Both the position numbers and the translations under genes were made by a program. The notes beneath the pieces were generated by a model. That model was not told the origin of the DNA. It searched no databases and was given only the letters and a program-made list of their open reading frames with translations. From positions 121,348-185,347 of the forward strand of contig JAGSHN010000027.1 of assembly GCA_029855935.1 (NCBI GenBank): 64,000 nt of DNA. Direction: 5' to 3'. This document shows positions 31,066-41,426 of the stretch, piece by piece; the first letter of the stretch is position 1; each line of letters begins with the position of its first letter. The DNA comes from Candidatus Thorarchaeota archaeon (GTDB lineage: Archaea > Asgardarchaeota > Thorarchaeia > Thorarchaeales > Thorarchaeaceae).

Positions 31066-31938
31066 GTGTCGACTCGATGTACGTTTGACCCAGAGGCAAT
31101 TGATGGCTGCAGCAGATACTTGGGCATTGATATACCACTCATACCAGAACAACGCACCAACCTCCGGAAACTGGGCAAGACAAGCCTGCGCATTGACCAG
31201 ATGGAGCAAGTTGTCACGGGGCTCTGCCCTGACGCAGATGAGCTAGGTCAGTTTATTCTCAAAGAGGGCAAGAGGCTGCAACCGCTCTCTCTATCACTGT
31301 TTGTCATAAACGATATGGTGAAGAAACTGATGAGGCGTAAACCTCGACACCCACACGCCATCCTGCCAATGGTGACAGTTCCGTGGTTCTACTGGAAGCA
31401 GAGTGCGGTGGACCGGAACAATCCGTTTGGCATCGTCCGACACAAGAACACAGGCGTTGAGATCGAGCTCGACGCTAAGAAAGAGATGCTGGTGTTCTCT
31501 GGCACCGGAGGGGACTTTGCGGGTATTCTTGAGGCGCAGGTGGCGGAGGGAGTATGGAGCTCGCGTCCTCTGATAGTACCGGGATCGCTGCCCAATCGCC
31601 AGCCTGTGCCAGCATATCAGAGGAAACATATCAAGGTAGGAGTCAATCTGGGTGCACAGCGTGTGACGCTCTATCCGAAACCGCGCCGAGATCTCGACTA
31701 CACCTTCTCAGAGAGCCCGCGAGTCTTCGCTGTCCACGGTGCCGAGATTGCTGGAGCCGGACAGGCTTTTAGACTCAAGACCGGCACTCGCAGCGAAACG
31801 GCACTAAGGGGCAATGTTCTCATGCTCATCGGCCGAAGACCCGAGCGTGAACAGCCTGATGCCATTTCGCTGACGTTTCACATCTGGTTGGCTGCTCTGG
31901 CAAGACTACTCAGAACAAGGGAGGACATCGAATGGTAG
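31066..31938 (+). CDS. Hypothetical protein
   Basis: 290-aa ORF whose stop overlaps the next start. Confidence 0.65.
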   Translation: MSTRCTFDPEAIDGCSRYLGIDIPLIPEQRTNLRKLGKTSLRIDQMEQVVTGLCPDADELGQFILKEGKRLQPLSLSLFVINDMVKKLMRRKPRHPHAILPMVTVPWFYWKQSAVDRNNPFGIVRHKNTGVEIELDAKKEMLVFSGTGGDFAGILEAQVAEGVWSSRPLIVPGSLPNRQPVPAYQRKHIKVGVNLGAQRVTLYPKPRRDLDYTFSESPRVFAVHGAEIAGAGQAFRLKTGTRSETALRGNVLMLIGRRPEREQPDAISLTFHIWLAALARLLRTREDIEW

Positions 31939-32726
31939 TTGTGGCAGCAGCAATCGCGGCGGCAGCAACAGGTGCCGCAATTCTCGTAGTGACGATGCTT
32001 CGTGTCAGGAGGTTGAGAAGGTACCGCGAGTTTCTGCGCTATATGGAGGACAATTTCGACGTCAGTGACCTTGACCTGAGTGGCGAGACCGCCTACACGG
32101 ACTGTCTGGCCCAGGAGTGGGTACTGGACAACGTCGCAAGAGGATCCTATGGTCGTTTCGCCAGAGGCGTCCAGTCGTATCTCGCGGAGAACACGCTCGC
32201 CGGGGCCATCCTGCTTGCCATCGTTGCCGGGTCTGCGGCGGTCCTCCTAGGTCTGTTGTTTGTGGAGGGATCCGCCGCGTTGGGGGCTGCGGCTGGTCTG
32301 TTCTTCATAGGTGGACTCGTAATAGTGGGGCCCAGTGAACCGAGAGTCTCTGAACAACTGCTTACTGCACTGATGTCAAACAAAGACCGACTCTGTGAGC
32401 GTGACTACGTCTACGCAAGGCTAGCGTACGACTCCGTCCGAGGCTGGGAGAGGACATCAACTGTGGCTGGCTTGGCGCTTCTCGCAATCTCGCCGTGGGC
32501 CGACCTCGTACCGACCACCCTAGCGGCAATCATCGCCATAGTGTCCGTGGGGATGATCATCAGGCCAGCTATGTGGATTGCCACGTTCAACCCTGCTCTC
32601 GCCATCGGGTATGTCGGGGTCGTTGTGGTGATCGTCTTCTATCTCATCCCGAAGACGATGTGGCGCCTGATCAAAGGACCACCATCTGAAGAGGAGAGAG
32701 AACTGGAGAGCATGTCCCGCTGGTAA
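31932..32726 (+). CDS. Hypothetical membrane protein
   Basis: Several TM segments; overlaps the upstream gene. Confidence 0.7.
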   Translation: MVVVAAAIAAAATGAAILVVTMLRVRRLRRYREFLRYMEDNFDVSDLDLSGETAYTDCLAQEWVLDNVARGSYGRFARGVQSYLAENTLAGAILLAIVAGSAAVLLGLLFVEGSAALGAAAGLFFIGGLVIVGPSEPRVSEQLLTALMSNKDRLCERDYVYARLAYDSVRGWERTSTVAGLALLAISPWADLVPTTLAAIIAIVSVGMIIRPAMWIATFNPALAIGYVGVVVVIVFYLIPKTMWRLIKGPPSEEERELESMSRW

Positions 32727-32744
32727 TGGGCTCGAACTCCACTC

Positions 32745-33089
32745 TCACGGCAGCAGCAGAGGAATGGTAGCAATCATTCCGTAGAGAAACACAAAGAGTC
32801 CGACAAGGACAAGTCGTCTTCCCGTCACAGCAAGCTTATAGCTCAAGACTGCCCTGCCCTCGTCATCATAGCGGTGGCTCTCGTCGAGCGGTTCTCTGAG
32901 TCCTAGGCATCCGCCCATGAGAATGAGAACGCCAAACTCGAGGATTGATATCCCAGAAACGAATCCAAAGAGTTCGAATCCTGGCAACAACAACAGGCCG
33001 ATGAGTCCGGCAGCGAAATCGGTGCCTACAATGAGTGCTGCAATTGCGGCCGTGTAGATCACGGTCCGTGACCTCGCTGCCATAGACAA
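32745..33089 (-). CDS. Small membrane protein (3 TM)
   Basis: Hydrophobic, co-oriented downstream of the opp operon. Confidence 0.65.
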   Translation of the reverse strand: MSMAARSRTVIYTAAIAALIVGTDFAAGLIGLLLLPGFELFGFVSGISILEFGVLILMGGCLGLREPLDESHRYDDEGRAVLSYKLAVTGRRLVLVGLFVFLYGMIATIPLLLP

Positions 33090-33093
33090 GCAA

Positions 33094-33324
33094 TCACCCC
33101 AGAACTCCGAGCAGGATTCCTACTACAAACAGCGACACGCCAAGAATGACCAGCGGGAGAAATATCGTTTCAAGGGCAGCAATGAAGAGCGCCACATAGT
33201 CGCTGCGTTCCAGAGTGACGACCGTGGGGGGCTCTTCGGGCGCCTCATAGTAGACGATACCGTCCACCGGTATGGAGTCCTCTGGGCCCTCTGGCTCCCC
33301 AAATGACCTGTCATCTTCGATCAT
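33094..33324 (-). CDS. Small membrane protein with acidic N-terminus
   Basis: MIEDDRSF...LERSDYVALFIAAL + TM segment. Confidence 0.6.
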   Translation of the reverse strand: MIEDDRSFGEPEGPEDSIPVDGIVYYEAPEEPPTVVTLERSDYVALFIAALETIFLPLVILGVSLFVVGILLGVLG

Positions 33325-33428
33325 CAGTTCACACATCCACAGGGCCAGGCGCCCACGCATCACCTGACATCTACGCAACCGACCAGATAAAGACTTCGAG
33401 GGGGGAATGCCGGGCCGGGGCGCGGTGA

Positions 33429-34466
33429 CTACATCGCCGCGCCGTTCTCAGCGGCCTCGGCATACTCCTGCTGAACGCTCTTACCAAAGTCGAGTGCTCC
33501 AGCGAAGTGGCAAGCCACTAGATGCCCGTCCCCCATGTCGCGGAGAGGAGGTTCCTCCTCTGAGCAGACCTCTTGGGCGAAGATACAACGCGGGTGGAAT
33601 CTGCAACCCTTCGGAGGATTGACCGGACTTGGAACCTCACCCTTCAGTATTGTCGCCTTTCCCGCAAAGCGCGGGTCAGGAATGGGAACTGCGGACACGA
33701 GAGCGAAGGTGTAGGGGTGCAGTGTAGTCCGGAAGATGTCGTGCGGAGTGAGCTCGACGATCTTGCCCAGGTACATCACCGCGACGCGGTCGCTCATATG
33801 TTTCACAACGCTGAGGTCGTGAGAGATAAACATGTATGTGAGTCCGAGCTCGTCCTGCAGGTCTTTCATCAGGTTCAGAGTCTGTGCCTGCACGGAAACG
33901 TCCGTACTCGATGTTGGCTCGTCCATCACTATGAACTTGGGATTCAGTGCAAGAGCGCGAGCGATGCAGATCCTCTGCCTCTGACCTCCACTGAACTCGT
34001 GCGGGAACCTGTTCAGGTGGTCTTCGTTGAGTCCGACCTTTCGGAGCAACTCAAGCACCATCTCACGCATCTTAGGCCCTCGCGCGATACCATGGACCAC
34101 GAGCGGCTCGCCAACCGAGTTCTTGATGGTGACACGCGGGTCGAGAGATGCCATGGGATCCTGAAAGACTATCTGCATCTGTCGCCGGATGTGCCTGAGT
34201 TCGCGATGTCCAAGATGGGTTATGTCCTTTCCATCGAACTCAATAGTGCCCTCCGTTGGGTCAAGCAACCTCAGAATGGTCCGTCCGAGTGTGGTCTTTC
34301 CACAGCCGGATTCGCCCACAACGCCGAGGGTTTCCCCCGGATAGATGTCCAGGTCCACTCCGTCTACCGCGTGAACCCTGCCAACAACCTTCCGGAACAC
34401 TCCTCCGGTCAGCGGAAAGTGCTTCTTGAGGCCCCGAACCTTCACCAATGGTCCCATTTCGCTCAT
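33429..34466 (-). CDS. oppF: Oligopeptide ABC transporter ATPase OppF/DppF
   Basis: [34 protein letters not shown]. Confidence 0.93.
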   Translation of the reverse strand: MSEMGPLVKVRGLKKHFPLTGGVFRKVVGRVHAVDGVDLDIYPGETLGVVGESGCGKTTLGRTILRLLDPTEGTIEFDGKDITHLGHRELRHIRRQMQIVFQDPMASLDPRVTIKNSVGEPLVVHGIARGPKMREMVLELLRKVGLNEDHLNRFPHEFSGGQRQRICIARALALNPKFIVMDEPTSSTDVSVQAQTLNLMKDLQDELGLTYMFISHDLSVVKHMSDRVAVMYLGKIVELTPHDIFRTTLHPYTFALVSAVPIPDPRFAGKATILKGEVPSPVNPPKGCRFHPRCIFAQEVCSEEEPPLRDMGDGHLVACHFAGALDFGKSVQQEYAEAAENGAAM

Positions 34467-35653
34467 TACCTCTTACCTCCTTTATCAGGCAGTGGGTGAT
34501 GACAGGCCACCCAATGTCCTGGACTGATCTCCTTGAGATGTGGCTTCTCTGTCTCGCATATGCCCGTCGCGTAGTCGCACCGAGGATGGAACCTGCATCC
34601 CGGCGGCGGAGTGATCAGGTTGGGGACGCTCCCACGAATCTGCGGAAGTCGCTCTCTATTCTCGTGGAGCTTTGGTACCGCGGTGAGCAGTCCAGCCGTG
34701 TAGGGATGCCTTGGGTTGTAGAAGAGCTCCTCAGTGGCACAGCTCTCCACAGTTGTCCCCGCATACATAACCGTCACCCATGAGCAGGTCTCTGCAACAA
34801 CACCCATATCGTGCGTGATTATGATGATTGACGTTCCAACCTCCTTCTTCAACTCGTTGAGAAGGTTGAGGACCTGAGCCTGCACAGTCACGTCGAGAGC
34901 TGTTGTCGCCTCATCACATATGAGTATCAGAGGATTGCAAGCCAGAGCCATAGCGATGAGGGCTCTCTGTCGCATTCCCCCAGATAGCTCGTGCGGGTAT
35001 TGCATCATCACCTTGTCAGGGGCAGGCATCTTGACGAGTCGGAGCATGTCCTCTGCAATCTTCAATGCAGCCTTCTTCTTGTACTTCGGGTCCGGTTCTG
35101 GAGGATCATCCAGCTGTGACTCGTAGTGCGCAAGCCGTTCCCGTATCTTCTCCCGTCGGGTGGACGACACGAGACCGCCCTTCCCCTCCAGCTTGTCCAG
35201 CGCGTTTCGCAATTCCTCGATGCGAATCTCCAGCGCCTCTTTCCTCAGGTCCTGGTGAAGCATCACCACCTCTGCAATCTGGTCGCCTATGGTGAAGACG
35301 GGGTTCGGAAAAGTGGCAGGATCTTGAAACACGATGGACACCAGTCGCCCTCGAACATGAAGCATGTCCTCCTCGCTGAGCTTCAGAAGGTCAACCTCCT
35401 CAACGTTGCCTGACTCCTCATTGGGCACGTAGAGGAGGATACGCCCGCCTTCTATTCGTCCCGGGGGCTCGACGAGTCGCAGAATCGACCTAGCCGTTAC
35501 TGACTTCCCACAGCCCGTCTCACCGACCAGTCCCATTGTGTCGCCCTTTCGGAGAAACAGGTTGACACCGTCAAGGGCTTTTACCACACCCTCGTAGGTG
35601 TAGAAGTTCGTGACCAGATCCTCGACCTTCAGTACAAGTTCATCATCTGACAT
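34466..35653 (-). CDS. oppD: Oligopeptide ABC transporter ATPase OppD/DppD with helical insertion
   Basis: GETGCGKS, LSGGMRQR, CDEATT, ITHD; charged insertion of ~55 aa. Confidence 0.92.
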   Translation of the reverse strand: MSDDELVLKVEDLVTNFYTYEGVVKALDGVNLFLRKGDTMGLVGETGCGKSVTARSILRLVEPPGRIEGGRILLYVPNEESGNVEEVDLLKLSEEDMLHVRGRLVSIVFQDPATFPNPVFTIGDQIAEVVMLHQDLRKEALEIRIEELRNALDKLEGKGGLVSSTRREKIRERLAHYESQLDDPPEPDPKYKKKAALKIAEDMLRLVKMPAPDKVMMQYPHELSGGMRQRALIAMALACNPLILICDEATTALDVTVQAQVLNLLNELKKEVGTSIIIITHDMGVVAETCSWVTVMYAGTTVESCATEELFYNPRHPYTAGLLTAVPKLHENRERLPQIRGSVPNLITPPPGCRFHPRCDYATGICETEKPHLKEISPGHWVACHHPLPDKGGKR

Positions 35654-35660
35654 CTATGTC

Positions 35661-36992
35661 TTACCTCCGCCTCAGCTTGGGATCAAGGATGTCACGGATG
35701 CCGTCTCCGACCAGGTTCAGAGCTAGGGATACGAGGAGTATTGCAAAACCGGGGAAGAACACGGCCCAGGGACTTATCGAGAAGTACTCCTGCCCCTTGG
35801 CAATCATTAGACCCCATTCCGCGATACCCGCCGGAGGTCCAAATCCGATGAATGATAGACCCGCTGCGACAAGCAGCACAGCACCCGTGTCCATCGTCGC
35901 CTGAACAATTATGGGTTGAATGGTATTGGGTATGATATGATAGATGAGAATTCTCGCGTCACTGGCGCCGACAGAACGGGCTGCCTCGACGTAGAGCTTC
36001 TCTCTCTCAAGGAGCACTTGGCCTCGGACTAGCCGTGCATAGGTCGGCCACCATGTGACCATCAGAGCCACTGAGATGTTCTCGAGACTACGAGAGCCTA
36101 GAGCCATCACTATCGCCATTGCGAGGATTAGCCCTGGAAATGCGAAGAAGACATCAGTCACGCGCATCAGGAGTTCATCGAGCTTGCCACCATAATAGCC
36201 CGAAACCGCACCGAGAAAGGTCCCGATGACGATGGCAACTATGACAACGGTGATGGCAACTCGTAGATCCACTTGCGCGCCGTAGAGGATTCTACTGAAT
36301 ACGTCACCGCCAGAATTGTCCGTGCCCCAATAGTGGACTGGATTTCCAGGAACGTTGCTGGGCGATCCTGGTGGGAGGTTGGTGTCAGCCCATATACGCT
36401 CCTCTGGGCCGTACGGTGCTACCCAGGGAGCGAGGAGCGCGAGAATGACGAAAGCAACAATTATCACGATACCGACAACCACGAGGGGGCTTTTGCGCAC
36501 AAGGTGCATGCTGTATCTAAACTCCCTGAGCCGCGGGACCATGTCCTCGACGAAGGTTTCCCACCAGTAGGACTTGACTCCCGGAAGGAAAAGAAGGACC
36601 ACTGGAACAAGAACGAATACAGCGGCATAGAGCCCTGTCGAGAGTTCTGTGAGTATGAGAGAACCAGCAGAAATCAGATTCACATACAAGAGCGCTGAGA
36701 AAGTCCACATTTCGTAGTTCTCAAGCGCCGCAGCAATCCTCACCGCAATCAATCCCAGTACTGCGATTGCGAAACCTATGGCGAACTTTCCAATTATCCA
36801 GTCTGGAGGCACGACAGGATAGCCCAGCCGTTCTATGATTGAGTAGGTCACGTCCCCAACGAACAATATTCCCCCAAGTATGGTGAGCATGATTGAAACG
36901 ACAAGCTCAAGGAACCAGAGGACACGAAACTGACCGACTGTACTCGGGTCGATTGGAATCTCGTCAGAACGAAGGTGATATTCTTCAGTCAC
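35661..36992 (-). CDS. oppC: Oligopeptide ABC permease OppC/DppC with extra N-terminal TM domain
   Basis: WGTDNSGGDVFSRILYG, YVEAARSVGA (EAA loop), LDPK. Confidence 0.92.
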   Translation of the reverse strand: MTEEYHLRSDEIPIDPSTVGQFRVLWFLELVVSIMLTILGGILFVGDVTYSIIERLGYPVVPPDWIIGKFAIGFAIAVLGLIAVRIAAALENYEMWTFSALLYVNLISAGSLILTELSTGLYAAVFVLVPVVLLFLPGVKSYWWETFVEDMVPRLREFRYSMHLVRKSPLVVVGIVIIVAFVILALLAPWVAPYGPEERIWADTNLPPGSPSNVPGNPVHYWGTDNSGGDVFSRILYGAQVDLRVAITVVIVAIVIGTFLGAVSGYYGGKLDELLMRVTDVFFAFPGLILAMAIVMALGSRSLENISVALMVTWWPTYARLVRGQVLLEREKLYVEAARSVGASDARILIYHIIPNTIQPIIVQATMDTGAVLLVAAGLSFIGFGPPAGIAEWGLMIAKGQEYFSISPWAVFFPGFAILLVSLALNLVGDGIRDILDPKLRRR

Positions 36993-37006
36993 TCTTCTCT
37001 ACCTCC

Positions 37007-38041
37007 TCAACCAAAGCGTATCCTAGGATCCAGAGTTCCGTAGACCAAGTCTACTATCAAGTTCGCCGTGACAAAGATGAGGGCAACCAGCAGAGTGAAC
37101 CCATTGATTGCCGCAAGGTCGGCACTCAGAATAGCTGACACCGCCCATTGCCCCAGTCCGTGCCACTGGAATATGGTTTCGGTCAGAACTGCTCCCGTCA
37201 TCAGACCACCAAATGCGAGCCCAATGACAGTCACTGTTGGAATCAGTGCATTGCGGAGCGCATGGCGGTATATCACGACCTTCTCGGAGAGGCCCTTTGC
37301 ACGTGCCAGAGTTATGTAGTCTTCACGCAGCACTTCAAGCATACTCGAACGCATCATCCTTGTTATGATGGCCATAGTGAGGTAGCCCAGACAGAATCCC
37401 GGCATGACTAGGTGAGTCAGTGCGTCTACAAAGAGCGGAATACTGTGAGCATAGACCAATGAGTCTATCAGAATGAAGCCGGTCGTGTACTGGAACCAGT
37501 AGAATCGATTAGAGTCGTACCTGTATCCACCAGGCAAATGGGGGAGGCCCATTATGGCGAGCTGATAGTAGAGGACGTACTTCAGCATAATAGCGAACCA
37601 GAATATGGGCATCGACACGCCTGCAAGAGAGAATATTCGTGTGAAGTGATCAATCATCTGATCTTTGCGGGTTGCAGAGATTATTCCAAGAGGAATGCCC
37701 AGCAGCACGGCAAAGACCATCGCGACAAGTGCCAGCTCAATTGTTGCCGGAAACCGCTGTGCTATCACCTCAGTCACTGGTCGAAAGCTCATCGAGGTAC
37801 TCTCACCCCAATCGCCGTGAAAGAGGTTGTTCAAGTATATGAAATACTGAATGTGTGGGGGCTGGTCCAGTCCGTGGCTCCTGATGATTCCAGGTATTGC
37901 ACTGGCTGGCGTGTTCGTATTAATGTACATGACCACAGGATCGCCAACCATGTGGGAGAGAAACCAAGTAATAGTCAGCACTCCAAACACGACTGGTATA
38001 GCCAGCAGGATTCGCCTGATTATGAAGTCGCGTAACCTCAT
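37007..38041 (-). CDS. oppB: Oligopeptide ABC permease OppB/DppB
   Basis: PATIELA, DYITLARAKGL, HALRNALIP, LDPRIR. Confidence 0.94.
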   Translation of the reverse strand: MRLRDFIIRRILLAIPVVFGVLTITWFLSHMVGDPVVMYINTNTPASAIPGIIRSHGLDQPPHIQYFIYLNNLFHGDWGESTSMSFRPVTEVIAQRFPATIELALVAMVFAVLLGIPLGIISATRKDQMIDHFTRIFSLAGVSMPIFWFAIMLKYVLYYQLAIMGLPHLPGGYRYDSNRFYWFQYTTGFILIDSLVYAHSIPLFVDALTHLVMPGFCLGYLTMAIITRMMRSSMLEVLREDYITLARAKGLSEKVVIYRHALRNALIPTVTVIGLAFGGLMTGAVLTETIFQWHGLGQWAVSAILSADLAAINGFTLLVALIFVTANLIVDLVYGTLDPRIRFG

Positions 38042-38342
38042 TTGACCACCGCATTCAGATACGGGTTGGTGTGTCCCGGAGGAATGGGATACTTAAGCAT
38101 TTGCTTCAGTGTTGCCTTCATGGAGCAGCGGGGTCTTGTCACGCAATGCGCATTCTGACGCGCTTCTGCCAGCAATCCCGTAATGTATATTAGACTGAAC
38201 CCGACTTCAGATAAGTCAACTCGCCTAACCGCGAACTGCGCGTGCCGAGAGTCTAGTGGCTGGTCGATGCGGCTTCTGCCGGCGACCCGCTATTACTAGA
38301 GCTCGGCATTCGTCTACAAAAGACAAAGGAAGGAAGACCAAG

Positions 38343-40220
38343 ATGGAGAAGACTAAACTCATAGCCATCGTCGTGGTCGTGGTCATAGTCGCGGGAGTCG
38401 GCGGCTACTTTCTCCTAGCACCGCCAGCACCTAGCGGCCAGACCCTGATCTGGGAGACTATTGGTAACCCAGACTATATGGACCCCCACGTGAACTATGA
38501 GTCATTTGGTTCGTGGATACACTACAATGTCTACGAAACCCTATTCACGTACGAATGGGACAGCCTGAACACCGAGCCGACTGTGCCTCTGCTGGCACAG
38601 AGCGTAGAAGTCTCGGCAGATGGACTGAACTACACCTTCCACCTCCGGCAGGGAGTGACCTTCCACGATGGGACTCCGTTCAACGCGTCCTGCGTGAAGT
38701 ACAACTTTGAGAGAATCCTTGCCGTGTTCGACCCTGGTGGTCCGGCGTGGATGGTGGCAGAGCCCATACTCGGTGGCCAAGCCATTGAGGACGCAGTCTA
38801 CGGATACGGTGCGGGCTCGGCTGCGCACATAGGCAACTACACTGCGTGGAAGGCAGCCAATGATGCCGGCACTGGCGCAATCATCGTTCTTGATGACTAT
38901 ACTGTCATGATTCGTCTGGCATACCCGTACACTCCGTTCCTCGCGGCAATCACCTACGAGGTCGCGGCCATTATCAGCCCGACCTACATCGAGAACCACG
39001 GTGGAATAACCGTCGGTCAACACAATGACTGGATGGACGAGCACACGTGCGGCACTGGTCCGTACATGCTCGACTCATGGGACGTCGGCAACCAGATAGT
39101 CCTTGTGCGCAACCCGAACTACTGGCGTGCTGCTGATGCCAAGTCAATGTTCCCGTACGCGGGTGCCATCGACCGTGTCATCATCAAGACCAACGAGGAT
39201 GTCAACAGCAGGATCATGAACATCCGCGCTGGTGACTCTCATGCGTGCTATTGGCCGACAACGCACGCATTCCAGATCTACAACAACGTCAGCCCGCCCG
39301 CCTTTGACCAGAACGACGGCACGCAGCAGAGCCTTGAGCCTAACCTCCTCCACGTCTGGGCGAAGTATCCGAGCTACACCATCGCATCAATCCACTTCAC
39401 AATGACGGAAACAATTGATGACTTCGCCTCTGGAAAGACCATCCAGAACATGTTCAGTCTCAAGAACGTCAGGAAGGCGTTCAGCCACGCTTTCGACTAC
39501 CAGACCTTCATCGATCAGGTGACCAACGGGTTCGGCATTCAGGGTCAGGGTCCAATACCAAGGGGTATGTTCGGTCATGACGACAACCTCTACGTGTACG
39601 ACTACAACCTGACCGCGGCCCAGTACTACTGGAACAAGGCCATGCATGACGACAACCTGGACGCAATCCTCGCGAACGCATCGTACACGGTTACGTTGTA
39701 CTACAACAGCGGCAACGTCGTCCGTGAGAATGCGATGCTCCTGCTCAAGGACGGCATCAACGCGATGCTCGCTATGGACGACACTGTCAAGCCCAGTGAG
39801 GACTTGACAATCAACGTCCAGGGTGTCGAGTGGTCAAGCTACATCCACGCCGCCATTGCTGGCCAAGTGGGCTGCTGGATGATTGGCTGGGCTCCGGACT
39901 ACGCTGACCCAGACAACTATGTTGGCCCTTACGTGAAGAGCACCGGTACATACGCCTACTGGGCTCACCTTGCTGACTCCGAAGGCTGGGACGCTGCGAC
40001 GATTGATGCCAAGATCCAGCAGGCAGCCCAGAGTCAGGACCCGAACCAGCGAATCCAGCTCTACAAGGAGATCCAGGAGGCCATCGTGGATCACGCTGCC
40101 TACATCTGGGTATATCAGGCAACTACATTGCTGGTATTCCGCGCGGAGGTCATGAACGGCCAGTACGCTGCGAACCCGATGCACGGTGCGTACTTCTACC
40201 ACATGTGGCTGACGAGCTAG
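38343..40220 (+). CDS. oppA: Peptide ABC transporter substrate-binding protein (family 5), N-terminal membrane anchor
   Basis: VYETL, YTFHLRQGVTFHDGTPF, GTGPY, GWAPDYADPD. ATG at 38343. Confidence 0.94.
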   Translation: MEKTKLIAIVVVVVIVAGVGGYFLLAPPAPSGQTLIWETIGNPDYMDPHVNYESFGSWIHYNVYETLFTYEWDSLNTEPTVPLLAQSVEVSADGLNYTFHLRQGVTFHDGTPFNASCVKYNFERILAVFDPGGPAWMVAEPILGGQAIEDAVYGYGAGSAAHIGNYTAWKAANDAGTGAIIVLDDYTVMIRLAYPYTPFLAAITYEVAAIISPTYIENHGGITVGQHNDWMDEHTCGTGPYMLDSWDVGNQIVLVRNPNYWRAADAKSMFPYAGAIDRVIIKTNEDVNSRIMNIRAGDSHACYWPTTHAFQIYNNVSPPAFDQNDGTQQSLEPNLLHVWAKYPSYTIASIHFTMTETIDDFASGKTIQNMFSLKNVRKAFSHAFDYQTFIDQVTNGFGIQGQGPIPRGMFGHDDNLYVYDYNLTAAQYYWNKAMHDDNLDAILANASYTVTLYYNSGNVVRENAMLLLKDGINAMLAMDDTVKPSEDLTINVQGVEWSSYIHAAIAGQVGCWMIGWAPDYADPDNYVGPYVKSTGTYAYWAHLADSEGWDAATIDAKIQQAAQSQDPNQRIQLYKEIQEAIVDHAAYIWVYQATTLLVFRAEVMNGQYAANPMHGAYFYHMWLTS

Positions 40221-40433
40221 ACTAGTACAAATGAAATGGCAGGAGCAGAGAGTGCGTCTCTCTGCCTTGCCCTCTGTCTTATTTTTCGGAAGATGCGAAC
40301 TCTCTCGCCTTCCCAGATGCAAATATGGACTCGGCCACAATCCCTTGATCTACGACATCCTCACTCTGGCCAATCATAGTCCCCTGCCGCGTCCATCAAA
40401 AGAGTTAGAAGGACAGAGAAACAATGGCGTGGT

Positions 40434-41354
40434 ATGCTCCGTACGGGGATGTACAAAGAGAACAATTTGCCACAGCGAGTCCCCTTTAGGAGTCTATTCA
40501 CCCTCTGGTGGGGCACAAAATGGGTCAGGAATCTCGTACTGCTCTTCTCGCCTGTAGGCCTGATTGACTCGATCTTCACGCTGATGCTCTACCAAGTACA
40601 CGGTTCTGATGCCGAGTACAACCCCATTGTGAAAGGAGCCCTAGAGTCCTCCTTGTGGCCTATGTGGTTTGCTATCAACACTCTCTCATTCCCAGTCCTT
40701 GTGATGGTCGTAAGCTCCTTCTATCTGGTTCACCGTTCCAAGCCCCGCCTAGGAGTGATGAGGCTGATGATGCTTGTAGTTGCACTGCGCATCTTCGGTA
40801 CGGCCTATGATATCTTTGTGTTCATTTCTCACGTAGACAGCCTTATGTGGGCGACATTCACCGGCCTAGCTACCTTCGTCGCGCTCAACCACTTGTACAC
40901 GCGTGATCACGACATCTCCGTGAAGGGTATGAAGCAGTGGATGCAGAGGTATGTTGACCGGTTCCACGACTACCTCTTGTTAAGAGGGGTAGAGGGTAGA
41001 CCAGAGAAGGAGGCAACAGTATTGGAAGAGAAGACAACAGAGAGCGGACCTGCGAGGGAGGAAAGACCCGAGAGCACAACGAAACCTGCTTCAAGGAAAT
41101 TCTCAGTCAAGATTCGGAGGGCCATGTGGTGTCTGGCAGCAGTAGCAGTACTGATTCTGGTACCAGTGGTGCTCGACTTCGTCGCGCGTATTTTCCGAGG
41201 TGAGCGATGGCACGAGGTCTTCGGTCGCTTCTTCTACTGGAACTACCAAGCCGGACTCATCTTCGTCATAGGGTTCGTCACAGTCATCTTGATGTTCTCC
41301 CTAATGATGTACTTCCTGATGCGGATGTTTGATGAGAGTGAAGGGCCGTGGTAG
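40434..41354 (+). CDS. Membrane protein (DUF5658-like N-terminus)
   Basis: DSIFT...EYNP motif, about 6 TM. Confidence 0.6.
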   Translation: MLRTGMYKENNLPQRVPFRSLFTLWWGTKWVRNLVLLFSPVGLIDSIFTLMLYQVHGSDAEYNPIVKGALESSLWPMWFAINTLSFPVLVMVVSSFYLVHRSKPRLGVMRLMMLVVALRIFGTAYDIFVFISHVDSLMWATFTGLATFVALNHLYTRDHDISVKGMKQWMQRYVDRFHDYLLLRGVEGRPEKEATVLEEKTTESGPAREERPESTTKPASRKFSVKIRRAMWCLAAVAVLILVPVVLDFVARIFRGERWHEVFGRFFYWNYQAGLIFVIGFVTVILMFSLMMYFLMRMFDESEGPW

Positions 41355-41426
41355 TCGCCCTCGCATCACTCCTGTAGGTCCAGTTGGTACCAGAAGAGTT
41401 ATGACCCAGCGCAAGACGGAGGACTT

